From Folioceros fuciformis (taxonomy: Eukaryota), in NCBI GenBank assembly GCA_049999805.1, contig JBNGIO010004527.1:40470-91824 (forward strand): DNA of 51,355 nucleotides. The letters are read 5' to 3'. Positions 37,180-49,903 of this stretch are shown piece after piece. The notes beneath the pieces were generated by a model, which did not search any database, was not told where the DNA came from, and saw nothing but the letters and a program-made list of their open reading frames with translations. The translations under genes were made by a program, and so were the position numbers. The first letter of the stretch is position 1. Every line of letters begins with the position of its first letter.

Positions 37180-38680
37180 TGAGTTCAGCCGATCATTTGA
37201 AACAGTGACAAACTTCTGCTAATGGCGCGGTGTGCTCTTCTCTCTGGCAGTCGCGCCACGTTACTTGATCGCCTTGGCGTGTTCGAGTTGTTCCAGGAAT
37301 TCCGGTGGGAGCACAAAAGCAGCCCGGACAGATGCGTGGCTCGGCTCGCTCTTGCGTGAAGGTGAAAGTAAGGGTCTAGGGGACAGGCCGGAAGGCGCCT
37401 CGTTCGGGCGGCGGCATTGAAGGAGCCAGTGTAGTTTAAGCGTTGATCGCCAACAGCCTTGTGATTGCGATTGCACTGTCCACTTTTGGGAGCTTGCTTG
37501 CATCGGGTTGGTTTATGCACTCATTTGGAAACACATGTTGCGTATCATGGGCCTTAAGCTGGATTGCAAACAACAACTGAAACCACAGGCTTTGAGGAAA
37601 CAAAGGATCCTTAACCAAAACCAGCACAAGCAACAATGAAACAATCGTTTTACAAAACAAACCCTCATAAACTCAGTGCAACCACCCATAGCAAAACTCA
37701 CAATGCACCCAGTAATAGCAAAACTCAAAATGCACCCAGCAGTAGCAAAACTCACAATGCACCCAACAATAGCAAAACAAGGGGGCCCAAGAGTCCTAAA
37801 TTAGTTGTCTGAGGCAGGGTTCATCACTCTCAGGTGTGGTTTGGAGCAAACAGTTGTGCAAATCTTGTAGGATCATACGAGACATGGATGCTCAAGTTGG
37901 GCGCAAAAGGAATGTTAGATTGGGGCTTAAGAATAGTAGGCAAACCACCAAATCTTCGACTCTTGGACCCCTCCTTCTTGTGTTATGAGTGAAATGATTT
38001 AGACAAGGGTGTTGCATCTTCTTGTGCATTATATTGACCATCACATGCATTGTACTATCACTTAGAGGATCAAAGGAAAGGATGAGGCTCTCATACCATT
38101 AAGCAAGGACTCAAAGGAATAAATTAGGCTGTGAAAGCACTAAGAAAGTCCCCTTAGAAGGGAGTAGCAAACATAGTTATGGAGTGGAAAAGCTAGCACT
38201 TGTTGGTCTCATTGCAACCCTACTCCCATTGCTCCATTTGGTATTAAAGTGTAATCCCTTCTTTTGAGTACCAAGAGAGTGCACTAGATAGTAATTAGAA
38301 GCTCAAGATGCAACAACTTCTTCAAGCATTGAAGATTTCTCATCCTTTCCTTCGAAGAGCAGCTTGACAAGGAGGCAACATTGGCCAAAGATACACACAA
38401 TAGAATCGGGACCATCTAGAGACAAAGCTAGAATACTACAATAACCTAATGGTCCAAGCCATACACAAATCCTCTCCACATGTTCTCTAGGATTTGACCA
38501 AATCTAAAGAGAAAGATAGAAGAAGAAGAAAAAACAAGTAGGGAGACTCCGATGCCCATAACTCCATGAAATGAAAATGCAGAAGCTAAGAGTTGAAAAG
38601 ACGTCGACAAAGATTATTGTGATATTAACATACATAAATATTAATTATACTCACAATAAATAAATAAGTACGTATCTAAT
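37180..38680. mobile_element. Degenerate TE-like relic (possibly including a DNA-transposase fragment)
   Basis: Broken ORFs, CpG-poor from about 37500, internal 27-bp tandem repeat, AT-rich borders; no intact catalytic motif. Confidence 0.35.
37688..37778. repeat. 27-bp tandem repeat, about 3.4 copies
   Basis: TAGCAAAACTCACAATGCACCCA(G/A).. repeated with period 27. Confidence 0.9.
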
Positions 38681-38974
38681 TGTTTTGGCCTATCCAATTA
38701 AGTCCTACAACGGATCCCGTCCTTCAAAACTTAAATCATGTCCTTCCTTCTCCTACTTCGCTGATTAGTCCGCGGAGCTTCTGGACCAACCTACACAGAT
38801 CCGGGAATCGGATACCGTTTTGTGAGAACGTACAGTGCAAAGACAGTAGCGGGGACACGTCGGTGGCTCGGCTCGCTCTCTCCCAAAAAAAGTAGGTGCG
38901 AGGCAGGGAATCCGTTCAAAGTTGGGAGCAACAAAGGAGAAAAATTCTAATTTAAAAGAGAGTAGTAAAGAGAG

Positions 38975-41836
38975 TCAGTGCGGCGTTAGGTTTGAGAATC
39001 CAAATCTGCTTGGCACGTTCCGCATTATCTTCAGCTCATCAAAGTTGGTCCTTAGCTTAGCAGCGTACCGACCAACTCCCTTTGCTGCTCACACATGGCA
39101 ATGAAAGTAGGTCAGTAAAAGGACGTGAGGTGATAGCAGCAGAGGAGCCGTCCAGGGCTGGGGTTGTGGGCTCATGGACAGGAATGAAAGAGGAGGAGGG
39201 TTTGTTGAGGTAAAGGAGAGCTTACATTTGCCTCTTGGAGATACACGAAAGGAGTAGTCGTGTCTCCGTCTTCGTTGAATGAACAAGTATATCAATGATA
39301 TGGCGAGGATGGATACCATGATGGAACCCAGAGTTATGCCTACTTTTGCCCCTGCAGATAGACTTTCATGGCAGCTTGGAAGACCCCCGACACCACAGAG
39401 GCCTGCGTTGTCGAGGAGGCTGCAGGCAAGATGAGAGAAATGTAAGCACGCTGTTTGTGTAGTAGGGTTTAAGAATATTCCAGGTCTGGTGATAGAAATC
39501 ATACTTTAGGGTTCCTCCCCGAAATCCGATGGAATAGAGAGAGGCGGGAACAGGTCCTGAAAGTTGGTTGTTGTCTAGTAGCCTGCAGGAGCCCACAACC
39601 CTTAGCGTGGACGAAGCATAGAGGGGGCATTCTAATTACCGTGCGATCGAGAAAGTAGGAAAGTGCTTACACAGTTGTGAGCTGCTGCGATCCCAAGCTT
39701 GAAGGAATATTGCCACTCAGTTGGTTGTCAGAAAGGTCCCTGTATGGAAACATGATGAGTCAGTTGTACCAAAACCCTGTTTCGACGTGGGCAGAGGAAC
39801 TGGAGGGCTTGCTGTGCCTTACACTGTCCTGAGGGCACCCGTTCCGAGCCCAGAGGGAATGACTCCTTGAAGATCGTTGTTGCTCAAATTCCTGGAAGAA
39901 GTCAGTCACACACGGACGCCGTTCATCAAGTTTAAAAAGCTATGACGTTTCAACCGATGGTTACGGGTCACAAAGAGTGGAGAATCCGAGTACATACAGA
40001 GTTTCCAAATTCAATAGGAGGATGATGTCGCTGTGTATGAAGCCCTTCAGTCCCGCGCTTGGAACTTCCCTACACCAAGCAAGAGAAAGGTCATATACAA
40101 ACTGGAGAACCAGTTTCGAGACACCACATGTCTCCGTTGCCTGCGCAGTAATTACAACAAGAGGTGGTCTGCTGAGCAAAGAAAGCAGTGCCACAGCCTA
40201 CAAGGCAGAGTTATTCAATTTGACGGGGAAAGGGGCATACAACTGACTGATGACGAAACTGTTGTTTTGTAGCACGCACATAACGCCTTCCCAAGCATCC
40301 CAGTCGCTTGGTGCACACGGGTCGCCATTCCAACTCATCCTCCCAGGTATTTGCAGTGAGGTCTTCAAAGAAGCCATAGCTTCAGCTGGAAAGGCAAACA
40401 ACGAGTCCCACCCACTTGCTCCTAAGCTTGAGCGTCTCAAGGACACAAAACTGCGAACTTGCCATCACAGAATGGACTATGGGATTTGCTTACCCTGACG
40501 TGCATTTGTTGCAAAGTCTACCGGGAACAAACCGTAGACCTCAACTCCACATATCGATGGCGGCAACCCAGTTCTGGAATGGAGAGTCAACGTAATCACT
40601 GTAGAGGTGACATTGACAAGCTTAACATTCTTGTCCAAAGCTGTGAAAGCTCCCCCTGCTTGTTGCCTAATATCCATATTTTGAAAGTAGACCTTCCCAT
40701 TGATGATCACATCAAAGACACGTCCACCAACTTTCACGTTTCCGTCAAGCTCAGCGAAGTGTAGCCAAATTGCATAGTCTGCATTGTTATCCACCTCCTT
40801 GAGGTAAGTGACATCCTCGCCAACGGCGCCAATAATAGCATTCTGGTAGAGAACAAGGGGGAAATAGTTGGGGGCGACAGCTGCATTAGCAATAGGGTTC
40901 GTGACCGAGGTGTGCTCCAAATTGTTGGAAGGCCACTCACCATTAGATCCTTTCAAAGCTGGATACCAGACCCGGCCCCCTTCCCCTCCATCAGATGTTA
41001 CGCCTGCACCAAATGGATCTAAAGCTGCTGTCACTCGACCGTAGGTCAGCAGGAGTACATCTGTCCCCGTGTCTGCTGAATCGTAAGAAGCAGTGTCCAC
41101 CTGCACAATTTCCAGAGCTCCTACCAGTGGAACATCTTCCAGACTGTGGAAGCAGATGGTTGCCTGCCCATCGTCGACAAATGCGTACAGATCTGGATAA
41201 GTACCGTTTTGCAGAGACGGATCCTCCACCCACTGAGAGTCCCATGTGAACACAATGGTGCCCTCTACTGATACATTGAAGGTGGGAGCGTTGTTCTTCT
41301 TGTCATAGTTCGCATAGCTAAAGTACATCCGAATGTAATAGCGGCCATTGGGCACGGGCACCTGGTAGCAGTTCTTGCTGCCAAACTGTGGGGGAAAGTA
41401 CCGAATTGTCTGCTCCTGTTGTGGCCCATGATCAGATATCTTTGCAGACAATCCACCAGAGTAGAAGTTGTCCGCCAGCCATTCCTCCCCCTCCGAATTA
41501 GTGAAGTTCGCAGAACCCCCGCAGTCTATCCGGTAAACCACGCCTGCAGGCACGAGGCTCCAACGTCCCTAGTCAGGAGCAATACATGCATCCGTTACTC
41601 GCACACACGCTTTTCGGGAATTCCACAAAACAATCGAGCTGGCTTGAGCATTCAGAGTCACAACGATCTTCACAGTGCAGCTCATTCCGACGAAGGAGCA
41701 GCGGATTCCGCGTCCCAGCCAGACTGTACAAATGGGACAACCGAGAAGGCGGCGTACCAGTCTGTGCGGTGATCGTGTCCGGCAAGTTCGGCAGCGACCA
41801 CAGGAGCAAGAGCCAGAGCCATCTACTCCACGCCAT
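38975..41836 (-). CDS. Malectin-like + LRR receptor-like protein without a kinase domain (RLP4-like)
   Basis: Signal peptide MAWSRWLWLLLLWSL; YRIDCGG...WLADNFYSGG; HFAELD...RVFDVIING; SWNGDPCAPSDWDAWEGVMC; LRR exons (LDNNQLSGPVP); NAGLCG; TM ITLGSIMVSILAISLIYLFI-QRRRR; short tail ending NLTPH*. Confidence 0.88.
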
Positions 41837-42744
41837 CGCCGTCATGGGCGAGACGGAAGCCCAGTCGACCAGTCGGAGGACATCCAAAATCTCAGTCACA
41901 AGTCACACAAAGACAGAGAGAGAGAGAGCCGCGTCACTTTCTCCTTCTCAATCCCTTGCTGCCATCGCTGCCGAGGAGGACCAAGAGTGGGTGGACTGGC
42001 ACATGGTTCGAGACATGAGCTCGCACTCACTCGTCCAGATCGGAGAGAGAGTGGAGCGAGAACTGTGGCCGGCGCACTCGGTATATTTTAAGAGCCTGCT
42101 CGCACGGTGAGTGGCCTGATTATTCCTGGATCCTGCTTCGGGCTGTGCACATGGCTTTACCAGACTCGAGCAAGTGTGGGGAGATGGGAGGTATCCTTTC
42201 CGTTCTCATGCTTGTGGCCTGTCCAAGTATGGCTGGAGGATGAGAGGCTTCTGATATCCAGGGATGAGTCTTCCATGGCACACAAGCAGTCCCGTCCCGC
42301 TGTCCTTGGACCACTGCAGCAGAGTTGAAGTTGATTATTCAAGAGCATCTCACGAGGGTCCACTGAAGGAGGAGGACAGACATGAGAGGCGGTGGACAAA
42401 CGCTTGTGACAGATGATTCCCCTGCACGCGAAACCCTGATGGTTTCAGGTGGCTCGGCTCCGGAACGCGAATCACGTACAACGAACGGACACTGGACAAG
42501 AAGGCCAACGGTGGTTCGGAGTTCAGACTGCTAATGTCGGTCCTCGGAATTTTTTTATTCCCATGAATGTAGAAAATGTTATAGCAGTATCCGCAACCAC
42601 ATGCCTCCTAATTTTTACAACAGCCCGAGCCTCGTTCAAATTAGAATGATAACGAAGAGAAGCGCCGGGCACATTTCACCTCTACACTTGCTACAACTAC
42701 AAGATTGGGAGAGGGAGACTTGCCATACCGAGTTGCGCCAGACG

Positions 42745-44631
42745 TCATTGTGCAACCTTCTCCTCTTTTTCCTGCTCCTTCTGGGCCTTTGCTCTCAGTT
42801 GCTGCTCCACCGACAAGGCGTCGGACTTGAGATCGAACATCCTCTCCAAGGCATGCATGTTCTCCAGGGTTTCACTCACCGTCCTGGCATCGCTACCATC
42901 GCTTCTCAGATGCTGCATCGGTCCGTGCAGCAACTTATTGACGATGCCTCTGCTCAGCTCCTCCACCAGCTTGCGATGTTTTTTGGGAATGTCCTCACCG
43001 AGCTTTCCCAAGCACTTATCCAGCTCCGCAGTTCGGATGGTCTCTGCATAAGCCCTGAGTTTCTTGATGGTAGGCACGGTCTCCAGGGAGTCCCTCCAGG
43101 CCTCAAAACTTCTGAGCTCATCGTCGATGATGACTTGAGCTTCCAGAGCTTTCCTCTTCCTCTCCTCCTTGTTGGCTGCCACCACCTCCTTCAAGTCATC
43201 CACGTTGTATACTCTGGCAGACTCCACTTCAGCCACGCACGCACCAACGTTCCTGGGCACCGAAATGTCGATGAAGTGCCTGATACCTCCCGCCTCCGTC
43301 GCAGGGGCATCCAAACCCGCAACATGCTCCTTCAAGAACAAGGGAGTGTCAGAGGCAGTGCTGGTAAAGACCACGTCCGCCTCCCCGGCACATCGGAGCA
43401 GTTCAGGCAGCGGCTGGTACACAAGCTCAGCAGCAGGAAACTCTGCCTGCAACTCCACCACCCGCGCCTCCGATCGGTTCACCACCACCATCCTATTACA
43501 TCCCTTGGAGATGAGATGCTTCACCAGGAGCTTGGACATCTTCCCCGCCCCGACGATCATCACCCTAGCAACCTGGAACCCCGCCGGAGGCAGCTTCATC
43601 ACGGCAAGCTCCACGGCCGCCGAACTCACAGACACCGCCCCCGCAGCAATGCTGGTCTCGCATCGCACCCGCTTCCCCGCCGTGATAGCCTGCTTGAACA
43701 GGCCACTCAAATTCCTTCCGAACCCCACCGCCCCCTGTCCCACTTTATACACCTGCTTCACCTGCGACAGAATCTGTCCCTCCCCCAGCACCAACGAGTC
43801 CAGCCCGGACGAAACCCTGAACAAATGCTGTGTCGCGTCCCGGTCCCGAAGAATGAAGAGGTGCTCCAACAACTCCCCGGCTGGAATGCCACTGGTCTGC
43901 AGCCACGCAGAAGCCTCACACGTTCAGAACCACACCACCACACAACTCAACTTCCTCACCACTCTCAACCTTCTTCCCAATCCGGGCACCAAGCACGCAC
44001 CTTGGACATCCAGTCGGTCACCTCCTTCACTCCCCTGTGCCACGACAGCGCCACCACATAAATTTCCATCCGGTTACAGGTACTAAGGACCGCAGCCTCC
44101 TCGATATGGTTCTGCTCGCAGAGCTCAGTGATCGCCCGCGGCCACTCCGCCTCGGGAACCGCAAGCTTCTCTCGCATTTCCACAGGCGCCGTGTGCACAC
44201 TCAGCCCGATTACCAAAATGCTGCTCTTGGCACTCGTGTATCCTGCACAGCAACAACACACACAGCATCCCCCGTCACTCGCTCATCCACACCGCATCAA
44301 ACCCACATTCCCCGCTTAGGTCTCACTACGGGGCCAATCCATCCATCCCACATTGCCAAGACAAAGTCACACGCGTCGATCACTCACGATCGGCTCCCGC
44401 ATTCCGCAGCTGCTCCAGCGCGGCCAGGCTGGCCGCCTTGACGCGATGACTGGACGGCAGAGCGGAGAAATTCACCTCCCCCGCGGCAGCTCTGGCCTCG
44501 AACCGGCCCTGGCCCGCCTGCGGCAGCTGGCGGGGGAGCGCGAGCTCGGATCCGGCCAAGAATTTGGCAGCTCTCGGCAGGCACCCCTGCTTACACAGCA
44601 GATGCGAGGCGGTGGGCTTAGCGAGCGCCAT
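42745..44631 (-). CDS. HEMA: Glutamyl-tRNA reductase, chloroplastic; 3 exons
   Basis: Transit peptide, [29 protein letters not shown], catalytic [48 protein letters not shown]. Confidence 0.97.
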
Positions 44632-45288
44632 GGCCGTCCTGCTCCTGCTCCTGTTCCGATCCTCCCCGTTCCCGGCAGCGGCAGCAGCGTGGAGGAGCGT
44701 GGAGATCTCGCTGCCGGCGCTCGTTGACGGAGCAGTGCGTGGGAGCGGGGCGTCGCTGGGCAGAGACAGCTCGGGCGCACTCCTAGGCTTGTGGTGCTCA
44801 CAGGCCCAGGAGCCATAGCTCGATTCCCATTGGCGTGATCCGCTTCGCTTTATCCTCACCAGTCCATTTTTTTGCTTCTGGTCACACAAGCATCGCGGGC
44901 CACCGCGTATCACATATTCGCATGCCCCACATCAATATCTCCATGTCCGGCCAACCCACATCCAATCCAGGCCTCGCACCGGATATGCTGCCTCGCTTCT
45001 CCACGAGGGCAATTTCTCCCATATCCAAACAGACACTTGCATGTTACACATGCACATTCATCCTCCATCCACACGACATAGTCTCTCATTCACATGTGCC
45101 TCTGTGAATGAGAATGAAGCAACGTGGGGCATAGGTGTCACGCTCTTCTTCTCACATGCAAGTACCACATAGCTCGCGTGTTGTTCCACACCGGGCGGTT
45201 GCGCGTTCTCATCAAAACAAAACTGGAGCCTACGCTGCCAACGGCAGAGCAGCTTCGCCTAACTACCTCCCACGAGCAGATGGCGCGG

Positions 45289-47138
45289 CTACAGGGAGGA
45301 GGATTGCGGCAGCGCAGGGAACTCGCCGCAAACCTCGTTCAGGTAGCAGATTCGGGAACCATGGCCGTCGTTCCACGTGATCCAGCTTCTTCTGCAGAGG
45401 TTGTCCCTGGCGGAGTATGGCAGGCAAGTGAGGCCCTCTGGGAGGAGGCTCTGGATGACGGTGGTGAGTCTGTCGTCGTTGGCGTCCCGCAACCCCAGCG
45501 ATGACAGTCGGCGGGTGATCTGTTGCGAGAGCTGAAGGAGGCGGTCCAGCTGGAACATGTCTCCGGGGGCGAGCTCGATGCGCCTGTTCTTGATGAAGCT
45601 GAACTTGCAGGCGGGGGTGTCGATGCAGGCCTGGTAGGTGAAGCCGCTGAAGAGGTGGTCCTTGCCCTGGGGCTTGCCCTGCTCGCACTGGTGCGACATG
45701 TAGATGAGCCCGGAGTCGATGGCCTGGGACTCGTACATTCGGTGGATAATGTGGTAGGGCACGATCTCGATGAGCACCGAGTTCCGCCTGGAGAACATGG
45801 AGGGGTTCACGAGGTTGGCACCGTGGATGGAGATGGTGATATCGGCCTCTTGCACGCTCCAGAATTGCTCGCGGAAGCTCATGGTCTGGAAATCGGCGAT
45901 CCTCACATCCACGTCCTGCCGGTAAAGCAGCTCCCGGAACGAGGACTCAGTGCGCGGGAAGAAGACTCTCCATCCCGAGGTCCGCACCACGTACAGGAGC
46001 AGCGGCGCTGAGTGCAGTGGGGTTTCCGGCGGGGGAGAGAGAATCCGCGCGAGATGGTCCCTCACTGCATCCGCTACAGGTAGGCTCCCGGGCCAAAAGC
46101 TCCTCTGCGGGTGAAGGCAGGTGCCATCGCCGTGAGCTGGAAGGAAATGCAGAAATGTGAACTGACGAGCCAGTAGAAACCCTAGCAAATCGGTACCTTG
46201 AGAAAGCCCGGTAGGACAGCAGTCTCGAAGCAGAGCGGACGGTCCTCAGACGCGGCTGCGAAGGGAGCCTCCATCTCCACCTTCCCATCCTGCAAGGCCG
46301 AGCTTCCCAGCAGATCCTGCGGATCCACATCTCGGCCTCCCAAGGGCTGCAGGACGCGGGAGAGCAGCATGGCGAGGTAAGTGGGATGGAAGGCTTCCTT
46401 GTCGGCCCCCGACGTCTCCCACATCGCCCGCCCTTTCTCGTGGGCGTAAAACATGAACCTGTCCACCCGCATAGTGAGTCCCGGAACGCTGGCGTTGTTC
46501 ATAGCCAGCAGCATGTTCACCTTGCCGATGAAATGAGCTATGTTCTCCGCAGTGCTATCCAAGTAGATGACCGAGGACGCACCCTGCCTCCACTCAACAT
46601 CGCTCCTGGACTCCAACCATCCCGCTCCCCTGCGTGCTTCCGGGATCTTGATTTCCGGCCGGAGCTTCACCCTCTGACGGTACAAGCCGGAACCACAGGG
46701 AGCAGGCACCACCGACCCGTTCTCCGCGTACCACTCCGCCTCCCTACACCGCACCTCGTCTCCCAGCGTCAGCATGTGGCTCCCGTTGTAGCAGAGGTTG
46801 TTGTACACCCAAACACTCTGCCACTTAAAGCACAGGTTGGGGACGGAGTAGATGCTGAGCTCGGTTTCCAGCAGCTGCTCCCTCCTCATGGACTCAGCCG
46901 GATTCGGATTAGGCGGGAACACCGCCACGACAGGGGCGTCCGCTTCCTTGAGCAGAAGCGTCCGGGACGAGAGCAGCATCTCCACATTAGAGAGCTTGGA
47001 AGAGAGCGAGGACGGGAGAGCAGAGGGGGAAAGAGGCAAGAGCGTGAGATACAGCGAGCAGAGGGACGACACCAAGGTCGCCAGCGCCAGCGCGTACAAG
47101 AGCCGCGACGCTCGCACCCCAACCTTGCTTCCTGCCAT
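45289..47138 (-). CDS. Glycosyltransferase family 61-like type II membrane protein; 2 exons (intron 46105-46196)
   Basis: N-terminal TM (LLYALALATLVSSLCSLYLTLL), NLCY, ENIAHF, LCFETAV, MSFREQF...ADITISIHGANLVN..F....VLIEIVPY. A GT-AG intron joins the two ORFs in frame (FLK|RSFWPG). Confidence 0.82.
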
Positions 47139-47919
47139 CTCCTTCTTCCTCTTCCTCCTCGTCTGCTCCTCGCTCCCCAATCCACCTCGGAGTGCACCAG
47201 GGGCCAGCTACGCCTGCCTCACTCCCGAACCTACACATTGCTCAGCCTGGCTGCGACCCCCCGACATCACACCACACCACACCACACCACACCACACCAC
47301 ATTCCCGCCAAACCTGTCCAGTCACTCCCGCCGCCTCGTCCCTCCTGCTGCTGCAGACCCCTTGCCAGTCACAATCGACGCTGCTGGGCAAAATCTGCCT
47401 TGCTCCCTGCCATGCCATCCAGCTGCACCAATTGTTCCCTGCTCCATTGACGCTCCATCAGCAGTCGGGACAAGGAGGGAAAATCGGAGCCGCGAATGCT
47501 ACCAACCGGGAACAGGAAATCGGGCAGCGGACAAGCCAGCAAACGACAAAGAGGCAGAGATCGTGCCATGCAGAGGGCGTGTGAAGGGTGGGGTGGACTT
47601 GGCACTGGCTGCGGGCATGTGATAAGAGTGTCCTTCCTCGCACACGGGCCTGCAGCCGGACGACAGAGCACCCTTTAAGGCTTTAACCCCGTCCAGACGG
47701 GGCGCTGACGACCCGTGAATATGTTATGTCAACTTTAAAGCGCCTTCATGCGAGACCGTTCCGTTTGGAATTTCAATGCCAGGCGGGGGCCCACAACCAA
47801 CTGCCCGATACACACTGTACCCGGGCCCGGCCCCGGCCCCGGCCCCGGACAAAAATGAAATCACAACACAATTAGGGTAAGTCGAGCGTCCAAGAAACGA
47901 AACGATGAAACGCGTCTCA

Positions 47920-48699
47920 TCACATCTTGCGCCCGGGTCCTACGAGGGCACACGCCTCCAGAAACCTCACGGTGTCGGTCAAGTCGTAGAACAAAGTCGG
48001 TTTAGCGAACTTGCTGGTGCTGGCCTGCATGAGCTCGTCCCAAGTGTGGACTCCGGTGCACACACCCACAGCTTTCGCACCACCATACTCCGCGCCCTGG
48101 ATATCACACGGACTGTCTCCAACATGCACACGCAACTGGAATCCGCCATTATACAGCTCCGCGGCCCGGGCTCCTGCGATTCTCACCAACTCCCCGACAC
48201 TGCTGGCCTTACAGAAGGGGCTCACATCGTCGCCGAACGCGCCGACGTGCGGGACGCTGAAAAACTGCTTGATCCCTAACCCCTCCGCCTTCAACCAGGC
48301 TAGGCGTTTCAGATTCCCCGTCACCAACCCCACCACCACATCGTCTCGTTTGGAGAGGCAATCAAGCAGACGCGCAACTCCTGGGAGTATCTCCATCCCT
48401 TCCTTCATTTGATACGTGTGGGTGTTCGCAAAACTCAGCATCGTTCTCACCATCTCTTCCAATCCCAGTCTGGCTGTCTCCTCCGCCATCCCGATGTGAG
48501 CCAGCGTGGCTAACAGGATTTGAGGATCTGTTAATCCATGGTAATTGATGGAATCGATATCGGCTTCTTTATCGTAAATTGTTTTGAATGCGTAATGAAA
48601 GGCTCTTTTGTACAGCAAGTTGTAGAATGGCCCCTCGCTGCTGGACAAGGTGCCATCAATATCGAACGTGATTAGTGTGCGAGGATTAGAGAAAGACAT
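47920..48699 (-). CDS. HAD-superfamily hydrolase (phosphoglycolate-phosphatase-like), intronless
   Basis: Motif I FDIDGTL, cap HGLTDPQI, LPGV, motif II LVTGN, GAFGDD, motif IV VGDSPCDI, GVCTG. Confidence 0.9.
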   Translation of the reverse strand: MSFSNPRTLITFDIDGTLSSSEGPFYNLLYKRAFHYAFKTIYDKEADIDSINYHGLTDPQILLATLAHIGMAEETARLGLEEMVRTMLSFANTHTYQMKEGMEILPGVARLLDCLSKRDDVVVGLVTGNLKRLAWLKAEGLGIKQFFSVPHVGAFGDDVSPFCKASSVGELVRIAGARAAELYNGGFQLRVHVGDSPCDIQGAEYGGAKAVGVCTGVHTWDELMQASTSKFAKPTLFYDLTDTVRFLEACALVGPGRKM

Positions 48700-49198
48700 G
48701 TTGAATTGTTCCACAATTCTAAATCATCAAACAAAAAACACTCCTATTCAATTATCACCGATTCCTTATTATTACAAGTATTCATTCTTTTCATAATAAT
48801 AAAAACTGAATTAATCATTAATTTCTAAATTTTAATTTTAATTTACTAACATAATTTATGGATACTAAAGATCAATCAGGAATATGCATTCTTTAACTTT
48901 TCATAATTTCTAAAGCTCAAACTATTTAAAACTATTCATCTTTTTTTAAGTAAAATTAATTACATATTATTAATATATATATCATAAAACATGTATTATT
49001 ATCTTTATATGAGATTACCATATCATAGAAGAATATATCATAAAAACTTTTAAAAAAAATCTAATAAGATTAGAATTCAAATTTTCTAAAATGAGTACTA
49101 GAAGTAAAGGAAATTTGACCACAAGGCTCCACATAGTCTTATGTAAAATTGCTTTAAATAATAATAATAAATTATATGGATGACATTAATATTTTACC

Positions 49199-49454
49199 AT
49201 TGAAATACACCTACATGTTAGATTTCAAGCATTTTCTGAAAAGATATTAGTTTAAAGTAATAAATCATAATATATAAAGATATGAAGATTCTTTGAAGAG
49301 GAAAAGATATTATATCCCATCTATAAATATTGAAACACACCTACATGTTAGATTTCAAGCATTTTTTGAAAAGATATTAGTTTAAAGTAATAAATTATAA
49401 TATATAAAGATATGAAGATTCTTTGAAGAGGAAAAAATATTATATCCCATCTAT
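49199..49454. repeat. 130-bp near-perfect tandem duplication in a very AT-rich block
   Basis: ATTGAAA(T/C)ACACCTACATGTTAGATTTCAAGC...TATATCCCATCTAT at 49199 and 49329, about 4 substitutions. Confidence 0.95.
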
Positions 49455-49903
49455 CCCATCTGTAGAGAGCAAAGTAGGAAAACCCGTCCATAGTAGAGAG
49501 AGGACCAGATGATAAACTACAAGGAAATAGTCATGCAATAAGCTTGTTCAATTACAAAAGAGAAAAAAATATAATATGTATTTGCAATCCAAGATGAAAG
49601 AACCAGGTACATTGCTTATTCAAAACTCCATGAGCAGGACAGGTCCTGGAAAAAACACCACAATGAAGTGTGGACACCTATATGGAGGACGAAAGTTATG
49701 GGAGATGAATTGACACCCCAAACGAAATGCAGTAGCGTTAGCTCTTTCAAAAATCACTTTTTTAGAATTCGTGTGAGCCTAGATATGCCTGAAAGTGTGC
49801 TGTCTGTACTTTTCATTTCTTCCTTCAAATGATACAGCAGTGTAATCAGCCATCCCAATGTAAAACGCAGAAACCAGACCAGGATCTGTAAGGGCAAGGC
49901 ACA

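Noticed and set aside
42601..44086. Long + strand ORFs (486 aa and 305 aa) opposite HEMA
   Set aside because: Shadow frames of a GC3-rich coding region; no domain signature, and HEMA explains the sequence.
46105..46196. Apparent frameshift splitting the GT61 gene
   Set aside because: A 92-nt GT-AG intron restores the frame (FLK|RSFW).
46386..47622. 354-aa and 256-aa + strand ORFs
   Set aside because: Antisense shadows of the GT61 exon plus a (CCACA)n repeat.
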